Positions 26,450-32,000 of a stretch of 32,000 nucleotides of DNA are shown in pieces; the first letter of the stretch is position 1; each line of letters starts with the position of its first letter. The stretch comes from Dubosiella newyorkensis (lineage in GTDB: Bacteria > Bacillota_I > Bacilli_A > Erysipelotrichales > Erysipelotrichaceae), in assembly GCF_001945605.1 (NCBI RefSeq), contig NZ_MPKA01000065.1, positions 30,001-62,000 of the forward strand. Reading direction: 5' to 3'. The position numbers and the translations under genes were made by a program. Under the pieces are notes generated by a model. The model ran no database searches, was not told the origin of the DNA, and saw only the letters and a program-made list of their open reading frames with translations.

Positions 26450-26977
26450 ATGGAAGACCAATATATTTATGAAACAAACGCGGATAATACGGCTCGTTTT
26501 GTGATCGGGACCAAGGGCAAAAATCCTTTGATCGTCATGAGCATCAATCCAAGTGTCGGCTCTCCGACTCGCACTTCTCCAACTTTAGGCACGGTTCGCC
26601 ATATTGCGGCGGATTATGGATACGACAGCTGGATCATTCTTTGTCTCTATCCGCAAAGGGCGACGCATTTGAACGAATTGGATCAAAACGCCGATCCGCA
26701 GCTTGTGGAAGAGAATGAAAAAGTCATCAAAGAAATCTTGTCTCAATTTCCAGATCATAAGATCTGGGCGGCGTGGGGAACGCATTATCATGCGCGCTTC
26801 TTCTTTCCGCAATGTTTGAAAAAGATCGTCGAGATCGCGAATGAATACCATGAATCTTGGATGCATTATGGTCCTTTAGATGAGGATGATACGCCTCGTT
26901 ATTGTTTGTATTTAGAAAATGGCGAAGGCTGGTATCCATTTGATGTGGAAGCGTTCTTAAAGAAAACTTTGTATTGA
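26450..26977 (+). CDS. DUF1643 domain-containing protein
   Basis: PLIVMSINPSVGSPTRTSPTLGTVRHIAADYGYDSWIILCLYPQRAT resembles the conserved DUF1643 N-terminal core (NPS...D.T...GY....NL). SD AAAGGAGG precedes the ATG. 175 aa. Confidence 0.7.
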   Translation: MEDQYIYETNADNTARFVIGTKGKNPLIVMSINPSVGSPTRTSPTLGTVRHIAADYGYDSWIILCLYPQRATHLNELDQNADPQLVEENEKVIKEILSQFPDHKIWAAWGTHYHARFFFPQCLKKIVEIANEYHESWMHYGPLDEDDTPRYCLYLENGEGWYPFDVEAFLKKTLY

Positions 26978-26980
26978 TCA

Positions 26981-27009
26981 AAAAGATCGGTCGCTTGGAT
27001 CGATCTTTT
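26981..27009. terminator. bidirectional terminator between the DUF1643 gene (+) and the recombinase gene (-)
   Basis: 9-bp stem AAAAGATCG / CGATCTTTT (26981-26989 with 27001-27009), 11-nt loop, with T runs on both strands. Confidence 0.7.
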
Positions 27010-27036
27010 TTCAGTATAAGTCGCTTTTCTTTTTTT

Positions 27037-27987
27037 TTAGCTCAGAGTCGATAATGCTCTCATAACGAGATCGATATCTTTATTTTCAAGTTCCTGAATA
27101 ATGTGTAAATAAGTTTTTTGAGTAGTCGTCATGCTGGCATGACCTAATCGTCTTGCTACACTGGCAGTCGATACACCCGCGAACAATAATAAGGATGCAT
27201 GGGTATGACGAAGTCCATGGATCGTAATGACCGGAATATTGGCTTCTTTGCAGTGGCGTTCCAATACATCGTTGACTGTTGAATTGTAAATTTTCTTATT
27301 TACAAATATTGGACGATCTTCGGGAAGACCTTGAATCAAGGATGAAAACTGGACGACAGTTTGCCAATCGATTTGGATCTTTCGAACTGAAGAGTGGTTT
27401 TTCGTGGGTGAAAATCCACCGTTTCCTTTATAATCCCATGTTTTTGATACTGATACTGTTTGATGGGCGAAATCGAAATCTGCTGGAGTGATCGCTAAAG
27501 CTTCTGAGAAGCGCATTCCTGTTTTCGCAACAAGTAGAATAAACCAATCCCATGTGATTTCTTCTTTCAAGTAAAGTGTTGATAATAACGTATGCAGTTC
27601 GTATTGATTCAAATATTTCAGCTTTTTAGGTCGTGGTTGTTTTCCTTTGATGATCGCTTTTCGAGTTGGATCTCTAGGAACCAATCCTTCATCGACCGCA
27701 TCCATGATCGCGCCTTTTAGTTGATGATGAAAGTCCATCGTAGTTTGACGCTCATGTTCGATCGCATACTCGTTTAAAATTTGTTGGTATGTGATCCGAG
27801 ACAAATCACAAAGTTTTAAGTTTGGGGCTAGCTTCCGAATCCACGAAAGACTCATATAATACTTATTCATTGTTACATCTCGGATAGCACCTTTCTTATA
27901 AACTTCGATCCATTTTTCAAAATAATCACAAAACAAAATTGTATTAGTTACTTCATTAATCATTCTTTTTTCTCCATCTTCGTTCAT
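27037..27987 (-). CDS. tyrosine-type site-specific recombinase / integrase
   Basis: The C-terminal catalytic region has the R...HxxR...Y signature: GMRFSEALA (Arg), HGLRHTHASLL (HxxR), RLGHAS and TTQKTYLH (Tyr). The N-terminal SAM-like core-binding domain is FEKWIEVYKKG...TMNKY. The ATG overlaps the stop of the upstream hsdS gene (ATGA). Confidence 0.9.
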   Translation of the reverse strand: MNEDGEKRMINEVTNTILFCDYFEKWIEVYKKGAIRDVTMNKYYMSLSWIRKLAPNLKLCDLSRITYQQILNEYAIEHERQTTMDFHHQLKGAIMDAVDEGLVPRDPTRKAIIKGKQPRPKKLKYLNQYELHTLLSTLYLKEEITWDWFILLVAKTGMRFSEALAITPADFDFAHQTVSVSKTWDYKGNGGFSPTKNHSSVRKIQIDWQTVVQFSSLIQGLPEDRPIFVNKKIYNSTVNDVLERHCKEANIPVITIHGLRHTHASLLLFAGVSTASVARRLGHASMTTTQKTYLHIIQELENKDIDLVMRALSTLS

Positions 27988-28520
27988 TGCGACTTATACT
28001 GATGAAGGGTGATAAGTTTATCAGCATGATACATAAATTGCCCTATATTAAACTGTTCATATTTTTGTTGTGGAATTTTTATTATAAAATTTCTAGCAGT
28101 TACTCCAGTTATTCCCTTTATGGATGATCCTTGAAGATTTAAATTTCCGTTTAAAGTCTTGTAACATAAAAACGTTCCAAATAGAGTATCAATATTTAAA
28201 TTACTAAAGGATATAAAATCTTGACTAGTAGCATAACTATAAGGGAAATATCCAACTTTTCCTACACCAACTCTAGTTACTATTGCTATTGAATTTGCAG
28301 GAACTTGCTTTGAAGCTGAGTTGTTCAAACCATTTTCAGAAATATACTTTTTAGGTTTTATATCAAATAATTTCCCCACCACTAAATCAGATGATTGAAT
28401 CCACGGTAAATTTCCATCCCAATACTTCTTAACTGAAGTTTTTGGAGTACCACCTCCAAAAAACTTATTAGCAATATCTCCCAACCTACGCTGTTCCCAA
28501 GCAGTAACTTTTTGGTAATT
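27984..28520 (-). CDS. hsdS: type I restriction-modification specificity subunit, half-size (single TRD), no ATG start
   Basis: The frame is open from 28520 and reads NYQKVTAWEQRRLGDIANKFFGGGTPKTSVKKYWDGNLPWIQSSDL...EQFNIGQFMYHADKLITLHQYKSQ. This is a typical TRD entry motif (GGGTP...W.G.IPW) and a conserved C-terminal helix. The only start candidate is TTG 28484, which the track prints as M. It could be a silent cassette or the 3' half of a disrupted full-length hsdS. Confidence 0.65.
   Translation of the reverse strand, partial: NYQKVTAWEQRRLGDIANKFFGGGTPKTSVKKYWDGNLPWIQSSDLVVGKLFDIKPKKYISENGLNNSASKQVPANSIAIVTRVGVGKVGYFPYSYATSQDFISFSNLNIDTLFGTFLCYKTLNGNLNLQGSSIKGITGVTARNFIIKIPQQKYEQFNIGQFMYHADKLITLHQYKSQ
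27998..28015. repeat. direct repeat B, copy 1 (ACTGATGAAGGGTGATAA)
   Basis: Exact 18-nt match to 28561-28578. It encodes the ITLHQ helix at the 3' end of the hsdS half-gene. Confidence 0.9.
28483..28503. repeat. direct repeat A, copy 1 (AACCTACGCTGTTCCCAAGCA)
   Basis: Exact 21-nt match to 29034-29054. It encodes AWEQRR at the 5' end of the TRD. Confidence 0.9.
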
Positions 28521-28543
28521 TTAAATTTCACTCACTTATAATT

Positions 28544-29146
28544 TTAATTTTCTAACTTACACTGATGAAGGGTGATAAACTTGTCTATATCCAAAAATAA
28601 ATTCCCGATTTTATTCTGTTCTTCTATACCTGGAATTAGAATAACTTGTTTAAAAAAATCTTCAGGAACTAATTCGTTCATCATAGTGCCAAGTTTAGTA
28701 GATTGATTAAGAATAGGCCTAAATATAGATTCTAAATAGAACAGTTTTTTTGTAAACAAAGGATTGAGCATCGATACTGGCCTAATTGATGAAAAACGAG
28801 GAGACATTAATCCAATACCCCTAGTATTTACAACAAATCTACCATGAGCAAATTGCTTATTAGAATGGCCTTCGAAACCTGCATCTCCTATTCTCAATAC
28901 TTTATAAGACTTAACGGAAGTCTCTGCAGATCCATTTCCATCTTTTTTATATTTCATAGTTGCTACGGACAATGTTTTATCAACTGTTATTCCAATTAAA
29001 TTACGTTCATTATTGATTTTATATAGTTCTCCAAACCTACGCTGTTCCCAAGCATCGTTAAAGCCCTTGAATCGAATTTGAGGAACATTAGACTGTTTTT
29101 GATGGATTTTTGTACTATTTACTTGTTCATTCTTGAATGTTTCCAT
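28544..29146 (-). CDS. hsdS: type I restriction-modification specificity subunit, half-size (single TRD)
   Basis: The N-terminus VPQIRFKGFNDAWEQRRFGELY and the C-terminal conserved region IEEQNKIGNLFLDIDKFITLHQCKLEN are typical HsdS elements. At 200 aa it is about half of a canonical two-TRD HsdS. ATG 29146 lies 2 nt after the hsdM stop. Confidence 0.8.
   Translation of the reverse strand: METFKNEQVNSTKIHQKQSNVPQIRFKGFNDAWEQRRFGELYKINNERNLIGITVDKTLSVATMKYKKDGNGSAETSVKSYKVLRIGDAGFEGHSNKQFAHGRFVVNTRGIGLMSPRFSSIRPVSMLNPLFTKKLFYLESIFRPILNQSTKLGTMMNELVPEDFFKQVILIPGIEEQNKIGNLFLDIDKFITLHQCKLEN
28561..28578. repeat. direct repeat B, copy 2
   Basis: Exact 18-nt match to 27998-28015 in the same orientation, at the 3' end of the first hsdS. 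Confidence 0.9.
29034..29054. repeat. direct repeat A, copy 2
   Basis: Exact 21-nt match to 28483-28503 in the same orientation, near the 5' end of the first hsdS. Confidence 0.9.
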
Positions 29147-29148
29147 AA

Positions 29149-31695
29149 CTAGTACCCTAATAAGCTTTTAAAAGCTTCCAGTCCTTTCATGTCATATTCA
29201 TTTCCTGTTAGATCATCGATCATTTTGGCAAGTTCTTGTTCAGTCTGATGGATTTGATCATCTAAATCATTCAGAGTTTCGCTATATTTATCTTCCAATT
29301 GCTCTAATTGTTTTTTAAGTTTTTCCATTACATTTTGAGGGATTTGAATGAGTTGATCCATTAATGGACTTATCCACTTTTCATAGACGAGCGCCTTAGC
29401 TTCTTCAATTGAAAGAGATTCAAGTTTATCTTTTGTCATAGCATGAATATTTTCCTTGCTTGTTTTGATTTCTTTTTGGATAGCTTTCTGCTCTTTCAAA
29501 AGTTTATTCGCTTCGTTTAATTTCTTAAGCAATTCATCATCATCTTTATCCTTTTTCAATTCTTTAATTCTATTAGTTAAGTTAGAAGTGACGAATTGTG
29601 TTCCTTCCTCATTGGCTAAATTCTCTTTTTCTTCTTCGTCTAAATTTTCAAGAATTTCTTGGATTTCATTATCAATTTGATAAATATGTTGCTCTAACTG
29701 TTCTATTTTTTTGAATTCTTCGGTAAAATATCGTCGTTCGACCAATTCAAATGGAATAATATGACCTTTCCAACCTTCTTGGGTTTCTACGTCTTTTCCA
29801 TTCTTTTTTTTCATCACTAAATTTGGATCGACTTTGGTCAACGCTCTTTCAGATTCATTTTGAATATTTTCCAAATCCCCAAGAATGACTTTCCAGTGAT
29901 TATCTAAAATTTGATATGCCTCATAACGATCGATCAACGAAAACTCTTTTAACTTATGAAATAAAAGATTTCCTAAATCATCTTCTTCTCGATTAAGATC
30001 GACCTCCATCATCCCTTCGATCAAACGCTGTTTTAAATCCGATTCAAACGAGTTAGACTCCTTATAAAAAGCTTTCTTAAACGAGTGAATATCGGAATCT
30101 TCTTCAAAAATCTGTTTTAAATCATTTCCTTTTACACTAACGTACGAGTCGTTCTTTTCATTAAATAGTTTCTTTTTTAGATTTGGGAAATTTTTCCAAT
30201 AGACATCAAATCGAGAAAGTTCCGATTTCGGAATTCCTCCATACATTGAAGCATACAAATCCCATGTTTCCGTAGGTTCAGAAGAATCTACATACCGAGG
30301 AATATTCAAGTTATAGTCATTTGCTCGAATTTCTTCTAAAGAAACAGTTCGTGAAAACTTATCTATTGTCTTTCTAGATACCACTACATCTCGAATTCTT
30401 TTGATATCTGATGCTCGTAAAACATTACTTTTGCCTGATTTCTCAAAATATTTGGAACTATCCACGATTAATACATCGTTATTCTCCCGTTTTTGTCGTA
30501 ATAACATAATAATCGTTGGTATACTCGTCCCATAAAAAATATTCGCAGGAAGACCGATTATCGTATCGATATTATTATTCTCAATCAAGTTTTTTCGAAT
30601 CTCGCCTTCCTCGCCACCACGAAATAATACACCGTGAGGAAGAACGATAGCCATAATGCCATCCGGCTTTATATGATACAAATCGTGTAATAAGAACGCG
30701 TAATCCGCCTTTGTCTTTGGAGCTACTCCATAACGACGATACCGAGGATCGTTTCTTTTCCCTTCCGGATCCCATTTTTGCGAATAAGGGGGATTAGATA
30801 CCACAGCATCCACATATAGTGGCATTCCTAACTTTGTTTCATTAGGTGGCCAATCATCTTCCAAAGTATCAGCATTTCGAGTAAAGATATTGCTCGGCTT
30901 GATTCCACGCATGATCAAGTTCATCCGCGTTAAGTTATATGTATTTCGCTTCAATTCTTGGGCATAATACTGAATTCGATCTTTGCTTTCTAGATATCGC
31001 GAAGCACTTTCTCCAATATTCAACAACAAAGAACCTGACCCACTCGTCGGGTCGTATATTTTAATTTCTTTTCGATCTTTTAAATGGTTCGCGACCAAGT
31101 CAGACATCAACACTGAAACTTCATGCGGTGTATAGAACTCACCAGCCTTCTTTCCAGCATTCGCGGCGAACATTCCAATTAAATACTCATAAACAAAACC
31201 AAGCACATCATAGTCCTGCTTACTATCCATTGGAATGTCCTTGATCAGTTGCAATAAATTAATGATCGCTTTCGTTTGAGATTGAGCACTATCTCCTAAT
31301 TTACTCAATCCCGTTTCCAAAGTTTCAAAAATTCCATCAAACACATCGCGATGTGTATTTGAAATCAAACGACTAAAGGCAGACAATGCTTCACGTACAT
31401 TTGAAACATCAAATTCCTTTTCATGTTCGATCCAAGTAGAAAACAAATTAGGATAACTAATAAAATATCCCAGACGATCTTGAATATATCGAACCGTTTC
31501 CTGATCTTCTTCAGTCACCAATGGTAACGTTTCTTCATCCCATCCATCATTAATCAGAAGTTTTAATTCCTGCTCTGACAAGTATTTGTAAAAAATAAAC
31601 CCTAGAATATAATCTTTATACTCACTTGCCTCGATTTTAGAACGCATCTGGTTTGCCGATTCCCATATTTTGGCAGCCAATTGCTGTTTATTCAT
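29149..31695 (-). CDS. hsdM: type I restriction-modification DNA methyltransferase subunit M, long form (~848 aa)
   Basis: HsdM N-terminal domain (LAAKIWESANQMRSKIEASEYKDYILGFIFYKYLSE), AdoMet motif I (IYDPTSGSGSLL) and catalytic motif IV (VVSNPPYSQKW). I place the start at ATG 31695 (GGAGGA 7 nt upstream). The track start at 31710 is a TTG. Confidence 0.9.
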   Translation of the reverse strand: MNKQQLAAKIWESANQMRSKIEASEYKDYILGFIFYKYLSEQELKLLINDGWDEETLPLVTEEDQETVRYIQDRLGYFISYPNLFSTWIEHEKEFDVSNVREALSAFSRLISNTHRDVFDGIFETLETGLSKLGDSAQSQTKAIINLLQLIKDIPMDSKQDYDVLGFVYEYLIGMFAANAGKKAGEFYTPHEVSVLMSDLVANHLKDRKEIKIYDPTSGSGSLLLNIGESASRYLESKDRIQYYAQELKRNTYNLTRMNLIMRGIKPSNIFTRNADTLEDDWPPNETKLGMPLYVDAVVSNPPYSQKWDPEGKRNDPRYRRYGVAPKTKADYAFLLHDLYHIKPDGIMAIVLPHGVLFRGGEEGEIRKNLIENNNIDTIIGLPANIFYGTSIPTIIMLLRQKRENNDVLIVDSSKYFEKSGKSNVLRASDIKRIRDVVVSRKTIDKFSRTVSLEEIRANDYNLNIPRYVDSSEPTETWDLYASMYGGIPKSELSRFDVYWKNFPNLKKKLFNEKNDSYVSVKGNDLKQIFEEDSDIHSFKKAFYKESNSFESDLKQRLIEGMMEVDLNREEDDLGNLLFHKLKEFSLIDRYEAYQILDNHWKVILGDLENIQNESERALTKVDPNLVMKKKNGKDVETQEGWKGHIIPFELVERRYFTEEFKKIEQLEQHIYQIDNEIQEILENLDEEEKENLANEEGTQFVTSNLTNRIKELKKDKDDDELLKKLNEANKLLKEQKAIQKEIKTSKENIHAMTKDKLESLSIEEAKALVYEKWISPLMDQLIQIPQNVMEKLKKQLEQLEDKYSETLNDLDDQIHQTEQELAKMIDDLTGNEYDMKGLEAFKSLLGY

Positions 31696-31749
31696 ATCCT
31701 TTTCCTCCAATACAAATCTATTTATTAAACATCTCTTCTGTTTATTCCC

Positions 31750-31758
31750 ATTATAGCA
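31750..31758 (-). promoter_or_regulatory. candidate extended -10 (TGCTATAAT) upstream of hsdM
   Basis: Minus-strand TGCTATAAT at 31758-31750, ~55 nt upstream of ATG 31695. There is no convincing -35 element. Confidence 0.4.
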
Positions 31759-31819
31759 ATCTCTAAAATGATAGGCATCTGGAACTAAGTAAAAGTTCGG
31801 AAAAAATATGATTTTAAAT

Positions 31820-31855
31820 AAAAAAAAACGAAGCCCTGCTTAACCAAAACTTCGC
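31820..31855 (-). terminator. probable terminator after the alpha/beta hydrolase gene
   Basis: Short stem CGAAG/CTTCG (31829-31833 with 31850-31854) with a large loop, followed by a 9-nt T run on the transcribed strand. The stem is weak. Confidence 0.4.
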
Positions 31856-31861
31856 TTATGT

Positions 31862-32000
31862 TTAACTCTTTTTCAACAAAAACTCCAAGACCACCTTATT
31901 AAAAGCTTCAGGATCCTTGTTTGCGACAAAATGATTTCCCTTCAAGATACAAAGTTTTGCGCCAGGAATCTTCTTTGCGATCGATCTTGTATGTTCTTCC
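31862..32000 (-). CDS. C-terminal fragment of an alpha/beta-fold hydrolase (5' end beyond the right edge)
   Basis: Minus-strand translation is EEHTRSIAKKIPGAKLCILKGNHFVANKDPEAFNKVVLEFLLKKS, with stop TAA at 31864-31862. The pattern IP.A.L..L.G.GH....E.PE.F...(I/V)..FL is the usual C-terminus of this fold, here with N-H in place of G-H. It is not in the track because its start lies outside the window. Confidence 0.5.
   Translation of the reverse strand, partial: EEHTRSIAKKIPGAKLCILKGNHFVANKDPEAFNKVVLEFLLKKS

Larger units (their letters stand above)
27037..31758 (-). mobile_element. possible integrase-associated genomic islet carrying hsdM-hsdS-hsdS
   Basis: A recombinase gene sits at one end. 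The block looks AT-richer than its neighbours: spot counts give 18/60 G+C at 28561-28620 versus 30/60 at 14401-14460. It is bracketed by terminators and unrelated housekeeping-type genes. I found no flanking att repeats by eye. Confidence 0.3.

Noticed and set aside
27984-29146. A classical inverting hsdS shufflon.
   Set aside because: I looked for an hsdS fragment or the two boundary repeats in inverted orientation anywhere in 26978-31861 and found none. All copies are co-directional, so inversion cannot be the mechanism within this window.
31696-31710. hsdM start at 31710 (track MEEKD...).
   Set aside because: That codon is TTG and actually forms part of the GGAGGA SD for ATG 31695 (MNKQQLAAKIW...).
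26978-31861. Flanking direct repeats (att sites) for the hsd islet.
   Set aside because: By-eye comparison of 26978-27036 with 31711-31861 found nothing longer than about 6 nt. The mobile-element call is therefore kept at low confidence.
31711-32000. hsdR upstream of hsdM.
   Set aside because: The region holds a promoter-like element, a T-run terminator and the 3' end of an alpha/beta hydrolase gene. No helicase or nuclease coding sequence is present.

Overview
Chromosomal window from a Gram-positive (Bacillota-like) genome, with nearly all genes on the minus strand. The dominant feature is not in the supplied ORF track. Bases 1-13393 form one uninterrupted minus-strand reading frame of 4,464 codons whose C-terminus lies beyond the left edge. 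It encodes a giant secreted protein: a signal peptide, an acidic Cys/His-bearing N-terminal segment, about 1,050 aa of non-repetitive beta-rich sequence, an SdrD-B/Cna-B-like domain, and then about 30 tandem ~100-aa Listeria-Bacteroides (Flg_new / InlB-B-like) modules. The modules are arranged in five-module super-repeats and joined by DxNxNGxxD loops. Seven variant modules carry a C-x-H-H-H-type motif. Rightwards lie leuS with a Leu (CUC) T-box leader, a seven-gene comGA-comGG competence pseudopilus operon, an MBL-fold hydrolase, and rpmG (49 aa, below the track cut-off). These are followed by divergent aroD / aroK-aroE, a 59-aa GTG-initiated RHH-like ORF, a class B PBP, ispG and a DUF1643 gene. 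Next comes an AT-richer block with a tyrosine recombinase, two tandem single-TRD hsdS genes bounded by exact direct repeats, and an unusually long hsdM (~848 aa); no hsdR is present in the window. The window ends with the 3' end of an alpha/beta hydrolase gene. I recognised no rRNA, tRNA, CRISPR array or IS element. Several track ORFs start at non-ATG codons printed as M or carry spurious N-terminal extensions, so I re-evaluated starts by hand. All motif and domain calls are by eye; no searches were run.
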